This document shows, piece by piece, positions 1 through 10,100 of a DNA stretch of 64,000 bases. Within the stretch, counting starts at the first letter, position 1; each line of letters opens with the position of its first letter. The DNA lies in assembly GCA_965644315.1 (NCBI GenBank), contig CBFFRQ010000037.1, positions 53,649-117,648 of the forward strand, written 5' to 3'. The notes under the pieces are model-generated. The model had not been told where the DNA came from, searched no databases, and saw only the letters and a list, made by a program, of their open reading frames with translations. Origin of the DNA: Caecitellus pseudoparvulus (taxonomy: Eukaryota > Protista > Bigyra: Bicosoecida). The translations under genes were made by a program, and so were the position numbers.

Positions 1-956
1 CCCATACACCCACTGGCACACCTTCGGCCTCAGCCTCGGTACCTGCGCCAAGCACAGCGCCACCATCTCCGACCGTCTCTCCTGCAGCCACACCAAACAT
101 GAACCCCTCTTCTCCGCACAGGAACACGTCATCTGGAGGCGGACAGGTATCTAGGCAGTCTGACTCTGACGCACTGCCAGCTCCAGTGCTAATCACGCTC
201 CTTGTTGCCTTGCCAGTTGTGCTTATGGTGGTGGCTGTGAGCTTGGGCTGGTGTTGCGGCTGCTATCATCCGCGCTGGTTGAGCTGCTGTCGAGGGGACA
301 CGCGCAAGGGCAAGCAGCCGACTGCCCCGCAAGCAGGCTCGGAAGAGGGCGTCCAGATGAACCCCATGCGCTCACTAGCAGTCTCGAGCGGTATCGCAGA
401 CGGCCTCATGTCCCTTGCAACGCTGGCTGAATGTCTGGCGCCAGACGAGTACGACGCGGTGGAGGCGTGGGCTGCAGAGGCTGGTGTGTCCTGGGAGGGC
501 TCCCGCCTTGAATGGAGCAACGCAACAGCGCAGGCGTCTGATTACGCTGTGGTGCGCGGCGTCGCAAGCATGGCCATGGCGGGTCAAGTGGCCGTTCGGG
601 CAGCAGCGGCACGAGCAGCAGGTGCGACAGCCAAAGCTCTGCAAGGAGCTCGCATGCAAGGGCACCTTAAAGAGGCAGCTGCAGCAGGGGTGGGCAGTCA
701 AGCTCGGCTGCTGCATGTTGGCGGCGTGGCCGTGCCGCCAAAACTGGCAGCACTGCTCATCAGACACGCGCGCCGGGCATCAGCTGGCATCCAAGAGCGG
801 CAGGCGCCACACCTGCCAACACACTTGATGAGCGCTGCCAGCCCTTTGGCTGCAGTGGCTCGAATGAAGGGGGCCAAGGCGACGTATGGTGGCCAGCAGC
901 GCAAACGGGCGTTCAGCCGCGTAGCCAGCTCGTCTCGGAGAACGAGGGGGAAGTGA
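1..956 (+). CDS. C-terminal part of a single-pass membrane protein, 5'-truncated by the window edge
   Basis: The frame of ORF 99..956 is open back to base 3 (HTPTGTPSASASVPAPSTAPPSPTVSP, a S/T/P-rich stalk). It is followed by a hydrophobic helix VLITLLVALPVVLMVVAVSLGW and a Cys cluster CCGC..CC. Confidence 0.6.
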   Translation, partial: HTPTGTPSASASVPAPSTAPPSPTVSPAATPNMNPSSPHRNTSSGGGQVSRQSDSDALPAPVLITLLVALPVVLMVVAVSLGWCCGCYHPRWLSCCRGDTRKGKQPTAPQAGSEEGVQMNPMRSLAVSSGIADGLMSLATLAECLAPDEYDAVEAWAAEAGVSWEGSRLEWSNATAQASDYAVVRGVASMAMAGQVAVRAAAARAAGATAKALQGARMQGHLKEAAAAGVGSQARLLHVGGVAVPPKLAALLIRHARRASAGIQERQAPHLPTHLMSAASPLAAVARMKGAKATYGGQQRKRAFSRVASSSRRTRGK

Positions 957-1223
957 ACCTGCACACATGTGCGGGAGAGAGGCAGCTACAAGGGGACATG
1001 CAGTGTACTTTCAATACACCTCGTAGGTGCTCTGGTCGCCAAGTGGCTGCTCCTTGTTTTGCGACGCCCCTGTGTGTTGCAGGGCCCAGGAACTGCCGCG
1101 GGCACAGGCGTTGGCACTACCGTTACGGCGCAGCAGGAAGGGTCTCGGGTGCCGTGCATCTGAGGCGAGGCCCGACGCTGGTCAGGGCACTCCACGAGCA
1201 TCCGTGAGGTCTGGAGTAGTAGC

Positions 1224-4200
1224 ATGCCATCAGCGCTCAAGAAGCGCCGCATGAGTGAACCTGGGGAGGGTCCTGAGCTGGGTGCGTGGTTGCGCTCGAA
1301 TTCCGCACCCACGCCGCTACCACTTGAACGCACTTTTCACTGCTCCCTCGGCCAACCGCGCATTGACAGCCCTATCAGATTGCAAAGTTGAGCTACGAGA
1401 ACACATTGCAGAGTGCCTCGCTGAGGATCGGTCCGAGGCTGCTGCATGGTATGCTGACAAACTTGTGCGTGGAGCGGGTTGGCCAGGTTTATCACACTGG
1501 CACACAACCCTTGCCCCACGCCACCCCGCAGCTCGCATGCGGCGAAGGAAATATCGAGGACACACTGCTTGTAGCGCGGTGTTTCGTGCGGGTGGGGCAG
1601 CGGGACCACGCGGTGGCTGTGCTGGATGGGGGGGGTGGCCTGGCGTCACCCTTCCCTTCCACACTGCAAACAGCACCCCCACCGCACGTGAGGCACCCCC
1701 GCGTCACACTGGCCACACTGCACAGCGTGGCCCTGGCGGCGGACTGTCTGCTGAAGCTGAAGCGGACTGTGGACGCCATTGCGCTGCTGTCTGCGTGGCT
1801 GGGCAGGGAAGGCAGTGCAGCGGAGAAACAACAACCTGCCCTGCAGCAGCTGCTGACACCGCCTGGCAGCGATGTGCCGGCGAGCGGCAAGACGGTGGCG
1901 CAGTGGCTGGCAGAAGGTGGTGTGCCGGGAGTGCACCTGCTGCACCTCCTGCAGTGCCTGCCATCCTCAGTTGGAGCACCGCGCAGGGCACTAGCACGGC
2001 TGTGTTTCTTGCGTTGCCAGGCCCATGCTGCAGTGCAAGCCGACGACATTTCAGAGGACCACGGGCGCAGCATGGCAGGTGTGTGGGGGGCAGTGGCACT
2101 GTGCCTGGACCCTGGGCATGTCGAGGCGGTGGATGCGCTGGCTGATGGGTGGCTGCTGCCTTCACAGCGGGAACAGCAGTTGCAGCTTCTGCTGCACACT
2201 CTGCTGCAGCCCAGCGAGCAGCAACCGCAACGCCTGCAGCCACACCTGGCATGTGCTCACTCAGATGCTCGACTGCATGTGTACGACCTGCACCGCACCC
2301 CTGCAGGCGTCGTACAGCCGTTGCTGCGGGTGTGCCCTGCGCTGGCGCTGTCAGCGGGCGTGTTGGCCGCGCAGGCGGAAGTCGCCTTTCACCAGCATGA
2401 CATGCCAGCCACCCTCGCCCTCACGCGCACGCTGCTGTCCCGGCATCCCCATCACACGGGCGTGCTGCACCTGCACTTTGCTGCGCTGTTGAACTTGGCG
2501 GCAGGCGTGCCTTCTGGCGGCGTCATTGGCATCGGGCCCAGTGCCGCGAACACCGCTGCCGCGCGCCAGGCCACCACGGCCAGCGGGGGACTGCCTGCAG
2601 ACCCCATGGCGGCACTGATGGGTGCAGGCACGTCAAAGTCGCGCTTGACGCAGGCAGCTGCAGTGCGTGCTGAGCTGGGCCGTGCAGCCGCTGCCACCGC
2701 CACTGCCCTGCCGGGCAGTGCACTTGCGCACTTTGGCACTGCCTGCACCCACATGGCCCACGGCGAGTTGGTGCAGGCAGAGGCTGCGCTGCAGGCATGT
2801 GTGAGCAAGGATCCGGCATTTGCTCCAGGGTGGCTGGCGCTTGGCCACGTCGCCAGCGCCTGTGAAGCGGGAGATGGCGCGTTGGCGGCTTACCGCACTG
2901 CACAACGCCTGTTCCCAGGCTGGCACGCTCCGCTGCTGTGCACTGCCATGGAGTTGGCGCGCAGCCACAATGGGGCACTGGCTGATGCCCTGCTGCAGCA
3001 GGCCCGTGCGCTGTGCCCGGCAGACCCCATGCCGTACCACGAGGCAGGCGTGTTGGCGTTCCGGGGCGGTGACTACGCCGGCGCCGTGCAGTGCTTTGAG
3101 TTTGTGAAACACATGACTGAAGCGCTGCCCACGCACCTGTCGCGTGCGTGGATCACGGCGCATGTCAACACTGGGCACGCCTACCGTAAGCTGGGCGTGC
3201 AGCAGCTGTCGTTGGAAGTGTCTCACACGGACGTGACACAGCTCATGGGCGTGCAGCCGGGGCTAACGCACCACCGTGCCTCACAGCGCATCCAGGGCGC
3301 CCGTGCTGCCGCCTGCTTCACGCAGGCGCTGGATGCATACTCCCTGGCCCGGGGGCTGGACGGTGAGGACGCTGACTGCCTGCTTGGGACAGGCCTCACC
3401 TTGCACCTGCTGGGGCGGCACGTCCCTGCAATTTCCGCATACCACGCCTCGCTGGCGTGGGGGCCCCACAACACCTACGCCGCGCAGCTGCTGACGCGGG
3501 CCCTGACAGAGGCTTTCCAAGATGGCCACGTCCTGGCTCTGCCATCCGCCCTTCCCTCTCCTGTGGCTCATGCCACCTCCCCGCCTTCACCTGAGACCGG
3601 CGATGCGGCACAAGTGGTGGATATGACGGTGCTGGACCCAGCTGGCATGGAGGGGGGCGCCCCCCCCACGCCGGCGCTGTTCAGCGACCTGCCTGCCGAG
3701 TTGGGCGTGGGGGAGGGGGGTGTGCTGGCTGCCGCCTTGGCATCCCCCCCTGCTGTCCCACGGGGACGGGGCGGTAGTGGCGGGGGGGATGTGTACGTAG
3801 CTGGCGCCACCGCCACCCCTCGTGGCGCACGCCTGATGACAGCGGCACTCTTCGCGCCCACACCCGCTGCAGTGCAAGCAGAGGGCGGCATCAGCCCCAC
3901 ATCAGTGCACTCCTTTGCCTTGCACACTCGTATGTCAGCATCTCGACTGAGCGCCGGCAGTGTGCCCAGCAGTGGGGGGGGGGCTCGGGGATGGAGGGGG
4001 GCCCCCCGCCGCCACGCTCCCCCCGGAATGCGGTACGGAGCCGACTCCACCCTGTCTGGCGCACAGACTCAGTCAGGGGCTGATCTGACCAGTCTGCAGG
4101 GCAGTCGGGCGGGTGGTGGCGGACTGGCCGTTACGTGGGCAGAATCGGCCATCCACACACCCGGCGCTGGGGGCGCCCCGCCCAGCAGTGCCCTTGGCAC

Positions 4201-4504
4201 GCCCACCGCTCCAGCTGCCACGCCACAGCCTTCTCACGTCCAGGAAGCAGCGACAGCGGAGTCACTGGTGTCTCTGCTGACGTCCCCCATCGCTGGCATG
4301 CGGTCTCCACACGCCACGCCAGTGGGGCGTGTCCGGCCTTCCCTGGGCTTTGGCGCCTCGCGCATCCATGCCAGCGGTGGCAGTGGTGCATTGAACGTGT
4401 CAGGAGTCACTGATTTCTCCCTCACCATGGAGGGTGGTGTTGGTGCTGCCACTCCCGCCACAGGCACCAGCAGCGTTATGCAAGACAGCAGTGACAGTGA
4501 TTGA
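1224..4504 (+). CDS. CDC16: Anaphase-promoting complex subunit 6 (Cdc16/Cut9), TPR protein; exons 1224-1281, 1370-1464, 1532-4504
   Basis: The spliced N-terminus LREHIAECLAEDRSEAAAWYADKL-LACGEGNIEDTLLVARCF fits the Cdc16 N-terminus. TPR region DPAFAPGWLALGH...AYRTAQRLFPGWHAPLL...CPADPMPYHEAGVLAF...NTGHAYRKLG. GT-AG introns 1282-1369 and 1465-1531 restore the frame. Confidence 0.88.
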
Positions 4505-4611
4505 GCCCCCCCGCAAAACGCGTGGGCCGCCAAAATACACACCCACGACCCTCCATGCCCGGGAAACTTCCATGTCCTCCGTCGGTGTGTTGTGCCCGTC
4601 CACCCACCGCC

Positions 4612-7291
4612 ATGGAGGGGCTGCACAGAGCCCCACGCTCGGCGCGCACTGTGCCTGCTGCGGGGTTATCTCCAGCCCACCCGTTGGCTGCCACGCTCAG
4701 CGCAAGCAGCACGGCAGCACCCGCCTCGGCGCACTCCCAGGCGAGCAGTGGGACAGTATCGTCGACTGGGCACGCACATGCACGCCCTGCGCCCAGCCCT
4801 GGCTTCGGCACAGCGGCTGCAGCGCCGGTGCCTGGCATGGCCGCAAGCGACGTGAAAGCTGTGCTGAGCACTATGCAGCGGCTGGAAGCCAAGGTGGACT
4901 CGATGGGGGGCGAGTTGGCCGACCTGCGCAGTGAAAATGCCGCCATGCGCGAAGCCATCATGGGCCTGGCCGTCCTGGAGCCGCTGGCGGCGCGCGTGGA
5001 AGCGCTGACAGGCTTGGTGAAGACGCTTGCAGACGGCGGTTTGCGCAGCCAAGCAGGCGGGGCACAGGCCCTGCCAGCCCTGCCTTCTGGCGCACCAGCC
5101 GAAGCACCGCATGAAGGTCCTGCTCCAGGCACCAGCAAGGGCAAATTGAAGATCTGGGTGGGCTCGTGGAACGTGGGGGCAGAGGTGCGTGCGGAAATTG
5201 CGTGCATGACTCGAGACGCCGCGCCACCACGCCACCCGCCGCCCCGCGCAGGACCCCTTTGCCGAGCTGGGGGAGCTGAACCCCGACGACCCACGCCACA
5301 TGCAGGTCATCACGGAGCAGATGGAGTCCTTTGTCCCTGACGACTGCGACTTGTACGTTCTGGGCCTGCAGGAGGGCGTCAGCGACAGCGTGTACCAGGC
5401 TGTCGCCGCCTACACCGGCTGCTTCCGCCTGCCCCTCATGGCCAAGCTGCACCGGGCGAAGGAGACTGCCGGCTCAGGCGTGCGCTCCCGCCGCATGGGG
5501 CACGCGGTGAACGTGCAGTCTTTCATCGAGGACTTCGAGGGCGGCGCTGACTTGCTGCCCGTCTCTGCGGCAGACCAGCTGGACCGCGTGTGGGGACGGG
5601 GGGACGGTGCCTTCCTGCGGCAGAAGTTCACCGGCATCGCCGTGTTCGTGCACCCCGTCGTGGCGCCGTATGTGCGCCTGCTGGGCGTGTACAAGCACGC
5701 CTTTGGCGCCAGCGAAGGCTCCAAGGGGGGTGCAGCAGTGGCACTGGGCGTGTACGACCAGACACTCGCCTTCGTGAACACGCACATGGCCAGCAAGAAG
5801 ACAGAGCTGCGGCGGACGCAGTTCGCAGAGCTTGTCACGCGCATGGGCGCCAAGCTGGGGGGGCGTGGCATGGAGCTGCTGGAGGAGTTCCACCACGTCG
5901 TGTGGATGGGGGACCTCAACTACCACGTCGTGGACCTGCCCATTGACGACGTCCTGAGCGCGCTGCAGGGCGGACGCACGGCGGAGCTGCTGGCGCACCA
6001 CGACGAGTTGACGGCTGAGAAGGAGGAGGGCAAGATCTTCTGGGGCTTCGTGGAGCCGGTCATGTCCCCCGACTTCCTGCCCACGTACAAGAAGATCCCC
6101 GGGCGAGGGCCCATCGACTACAGCGACCCCTCCTGGCCCGACAAGGTGTACAACAGCAAGTACAAGGAGCCCCTGTACAAGGGCGGGCGGGTGGTGGACC
6201 GCATCCCCTCCTGGACGGACCGCATCCAGTACCACAGCCTGCCCAGCCGCATGGGCACCCTGGCGCCGGAGCTCCTGGACCCCTCCGCACCGGACACCAG
6301 CCCCCACAACTACCACGCCGTGAACGACGGCATGGACATCAGTGACCACAGCCCCGTCTTCGCCACCTTCCAGCTGGACGTCACCATCCAGGACATCGAC
6401 CAGTCCCTCCTGGACTCCGCCGCTGCGGAGATGGGGGAGCACGGCGACAAGGACTGGGCTCACAAGGCGCGCGCCTTTGGCATCAGCGGGCTGCTGGCAG
6501 GTGTCACCCCCGACGTGCACCCGTCCCTGCGCCCGCTCGTCGTCCTGCTGCGTTTCAGCGACGTGCAAGTGGACTTCCGGGGGCAGATGCGCACGCCCCG
6601 CGCCGTGTCCGTGATGTTCCCCCTGCCCTTCGAGGACGGCGACGAGCTGCCGGAACGAGCCAAGGTCGTCCGTGCGGACAAGACCTTCAGCATGGAGGCG
6701 CGGTCAGAGACATCGGACCGCCTGACGGGCACCATCAAGTCCATCGTCAGCCGCGCTGGCCGCCTGCCCCGCCTGCACCTCCTGCTCAAGGTGTCTCTGG
6801 ACGACAACACCAAGGCGCAGGCGGTGGTGTGCCTGGGAGACACCTCGTTCACGGGCCTGGGCACCGCGAAACACACCTTCTTTGCGCCGCTGTCCAGTGC
6901 CGGCTTGCCGCTGGTTGGCAAGCACGGCAAGCCCGTCAACGCCACCTTCACCCTGGAGATGAACGGGCACTACTACACAAACAGCGATTCCACACAGCCT
7001 GTCGGTACCACCACCATGGCTGACGGCAGCAGCGTCGGCGGCGCACCTTCCAGCCCCTCGCGGCAGCCCGTTGACACGCCAGGGCACGAGGCAGGCACAG
7101 CGGCAGCTGCAGCAGGTGCTGGGGACGGCAGCAGCACCCCTCTTCGCCAGCGCATGCGCCCCATGTCCCACTCCATCTCCGGCACGTCAGGAGCCTCCCG
7201 TCTGAAGGCGCTGTCGGATTTGTCCTTTTCCACGCGCCGCATGACAGTGGGGGCTGCGGCAAGCGAGGAGGAAATCGATGTGGATGCGTGA
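4612..7291 (+). CDS. Inositol polyphosphate 5-phosphatase with N-terminal coiled coil; intron 5185-5251
   Basis: Motifs IWVGSWNV, DLYVLGLQE, FVNTHM, VWMGDLNY, PTYK, PSWTDRI, SDHSPVF. The start sits in Kozak-like context CACCGCCATGG. A GTGCGT...CGCAG intron joins ORFs 4501 and 5300 in frame. Confidence 0.92.
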
Positions 7292-7557
7292 CGTGCCGCG
7301 TGTGCAATGCATTGCGAGGTGTGAGCGGCAGGATTTGGCGAGGGCCATTTTCCAGGAGTGGCGCATTGTTGCTCGTTGATGGACGCCATGCCGCCTGTGC
7401 TGTGGTTCACCGCAGCAAAGCGCACGCCGCGCCAAAGCCAGGAGCGATTCACCGTGCGGAAGTCGGGGCAAGAAGCGGGACACGCCCACGGACGAAGGAG
7501 AAAAGAGGACTTGCTCTTGCTAAGCTGAAGCGACGCAAGACTTGGGACAGGTCAGGC

Positions 7558-9822
7558 ATGGCTGACTACCGCGCCTGGCTGGCAGAGGCGGGCTTGACTG
7601 GGCCAGCAAGTATTTCCGCTGTGCCACTCAGTGACTCCGTGCCCACTCAAATAGGCGACGTGGAGCTTGGCAGTGCACAATGTGGCCACGAGGAAAGTTC
7701 ACTGCACTGTGCTTCTGGAGATTCGCTTGCTCTGCGAGCCTTCGCAACGTCTGCCCGCCTCTCCATCCAGCGAAGGGCAGCTGGCAGTGTGGACTCGTCT
7801 GTGCTGTCCAGCACAATGGGCAGCCTTGGCCCCGAGCTGGAAGACGGCATCGCCCACCTCACGAACACGTTTGCATCCTTCAGCATTACGGGCTCTGACC
7901 TGGCCCTCACGGATGCTGAGACACCCTCGGGCCCTGCCTCCTCCCAGCAAGTGCTGAAGCTGGAAGCTGACACTCGGCGTGGACTGGCCCTGCACCATAT
8001 AGGCCGCCTGCTCAGCCCTGGGACCCTCAGCTCCACTCAACAGTCCCTGGCGAGCCCTCCATCGTCCCTGACGAGTTTTAGTTCTGAGGCCCCGTGGGAA
8101 CGCACGCTCTTCCAGCTAGCAGCCCGCGGCCCGAAGGCAAGTCGCCTTGAACTGCCAGCTGGCGGCGATGCGCAACCTAGTGCTAAAAAGGCAGGCCTTC
8201 CATCCTTACCGCAAGCAGGTGCAGCTGGAGGGCCAGGTCTGCAAGCGCAAGGGGGGCACAAGCGAGCTCGCTCAGCGACGCCAGCGCACCTCTCCGCCTC
8301 CATCACCACAAGCCAGAGCGATGAGGAGGCCGTGCAGAACCTTGAGCGACTGCGCCAGCACTTCTCTCGCGTAGTGCGCGAGGCCTCGCCGGAAAGGCAC
8401 CCTCTGCAAGCACTCGTTGCTGAAATGCGCCGCCAAATTCCCGCAGCTGCCAAAAGCGGGATGAACGCAGGGCCGGCTCCCTTTCTCCGCCCAGCACCCG
8501 CCTTTCAACACCACGGGACCCACGTTGATCCCCTTGCACTGACATGCCTAGCAGCGGCGCCTCCTGGCCTGCACATTCTGCAGCATGTGTCAGCGACTGT
8601 GGTGCAAGCGACAGACATGTGGATTCTCCGAGTCATACTGCTGAGGGAACCCGGCAGCGAAGCCACATCCCTCTTCTTCTCAGTTAGCACACTGGCCTCC
8701 GGAGCGGTGCTGGCTGCGTGCACCGCTGCGATCTCTCCCCCTGGGACCAGCAAAGTCCTCGGCATTCTGACCTCGCCCAACGCCGTCCAGCAGGCAGTCG
8801 TCGCGACGGCATCGAACGTATTCATCATTGACCTGACGCAGCTGCAGATCATGCCGCTGCCGGAGAAAGGCCACGCCCATGGCCTGCAGGTGTGGCAGTT
8901 GTGCCTGGACGACAGCATGTCCGGGGAACGCGCCGTGCTGCAGACTCCGTCGGATGAACCGAGAGGGCAGGCAGACGTGTGCTTGCCAGCTCTCTCCCTC
9001 GCAGCCTGCACGGGCCCACCGGGCAGCGCCCAAATGGGCCTGGCAGTGGGGCACGCGGGAGGCGCAGCGACAGTCTTCATTCTCAGTCGGGGAGGAGCGG
9101 GGGACGCGGGGAGTGTCGAAGCGACTGTTCACAGCGTTCAGCCGCCCCCCCAGCCGCCTCGACATGCCCAGTGCTCACCCCATGCCCTGTCACTGCAGTG
9201 GCTGAACGAGGGCCAGGAGCACGAGCCGGTGATTTTGGAGGCCACGCTTCCTTGTGGGTCCACGTACACAGCCCTTGTCGCACCTGGGCGTCGCCCGCTG
9301 CAATCCCACTGGCTGTCCCTGGCCCCAATGCCTGTCATCGGCCTCCCGCCCGTGCCCAGCCAGGTGCTGCCGGCCCAGTCCCCGACCCTTGCACACACCT
9401 CAGGAAGTCTCTTTGGTGCCTCTGTTGAGGACATTCTCCTCAGCAGCAGCGATGGGCTGCTGTCCACCTCCATCCCCGCGCTTGGAAACGCGATGCCCCC
9501 CAAGACACAGGGAGGAGGGGCGAGCCTTGAAGAAGCTGCCGTATCCACCTCAAGCTTCCCGATGCGTGATATCGTACCGGCATCGCACCCAGAGATACAG
9601 GCTGAAGAAAAGCTGCCACGGGCAAGCTTGGCTCCAACACTGCACACGCAGTGGGAGCTACTGGACAGCACCTCAGCCGGTCAGACGCTTCATGGGCCTT
9701 TGCAAGGCAGTGCGCAACACCTCGGCGCTTCGTTCTTCTTGGCTGACAGCCTCTCGTCATCCTCAAGCGCCGACGGTGTGCATGGGAAAGCCGTCGGCAA
9801 GGCGGACACCGCAGCGACGTGA
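7558..9822 (+). CDS. Hypothetical protein with possible beta-strand-rich (WD40-like) central region
   Basis: Long ORF (~750 aa from the first ATG, MADYRAWL). Contains propeller-like fragments (AVVATASNVFIIDL, LAVGHAGGAATVFIL). No family recognised. Confidence 0.55.
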   Translation: MADYRAWLAEAGLTGPASISAVPLSDSVPTQIGDVELGSAQCGHEESSLHCASGDSLALRAFATSARLSIQRRAAGSVDSSVLSSTMGSLGPELEDGIAHLTNTFASFSITGSDLALTDAETPSGPASSQQVLKLEADTRRGLALHHIGRLLSPGTLSSTQQSLASPPSSLTSFSSEAPWERTLFQLAARGPKASRLELPAGGDAQPSAKKAGLPSLPQAGAAGGPGLQAQGGHKRARSATPAHLSASITTSQSDEEAVQNLERLRQHFSRVVREASPERHPLQALVAEMRRQIPAAAKSGMNAGPAPFLRPAPAFQHHGTHVDPLALTCLAAAPPGLHILQHVSATVVQATDMWILRVILLREPGSEATSLFFSVSTLASGAVLAACTAAISPPGTSKVLGILTSPNAVQQAVVATASNVFIIDLTQLQIMPLPEKGHAHGLQVWQLCLDDSMSGERAVLQTPSDEPRGQADVCLPALSLAACTGPPGSAQMGLAVGHAGGAATVFILSRGGAGDAGSVEATVHSVQPPPQPPRHAQCSPHALSLQWLNEGQEHEPVILEATLPCGSTYTALVAPGRRPLQSHWLSLAPMPVIGLPPVPSQVLPAQSPTLAHTSGSLFGASVEDILLSSSDGLLSTSIPALGNAMPPKTQGGGASLEEAAVSTSSFPMRDIVPASHPEIQAEEKLPRASLAPTLHTQWELLDSTSAGQTLHGPLQGSAQHLGASFFLADSLSSSSSADGVHGKAVGKADTAAT

Positions 9823-10100
9823 GATGTGACGCAAATGCAACGCATTTCCACGACGCAAGACTCTGGCCAGCAAAGACCATCCTGCAAGGCGTGGGCATAC
9901 CAGGGGAGGTTGGCAGCCACTCTCGTGCGCTGTCCAAAGTGGGCCCATGCAGCGCTGGATCAGTCACATGAGCCGGCTGTGAACAACAGTTGATGTTCAA
10001 GGCTTGTATTGATGCTGCCTCTGGTTGCGAAAGCATTTGATGGCTCAAGAGGTCCCCGATCTGATCGATCCAGAGGGGCACCCCCCTCCTCCTGCACAAG

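Noticed and set aside
4501-7291. 4-bp stop/start overlaps (TTGA at 4501, GTGA at 7288) resembling bacterial translational coupling
   Set aside because: These arise from the ORF caller using TTG/GTG starts. The genes are spliced eukaryotic genes with ATGs further downstream (4612, 7558).
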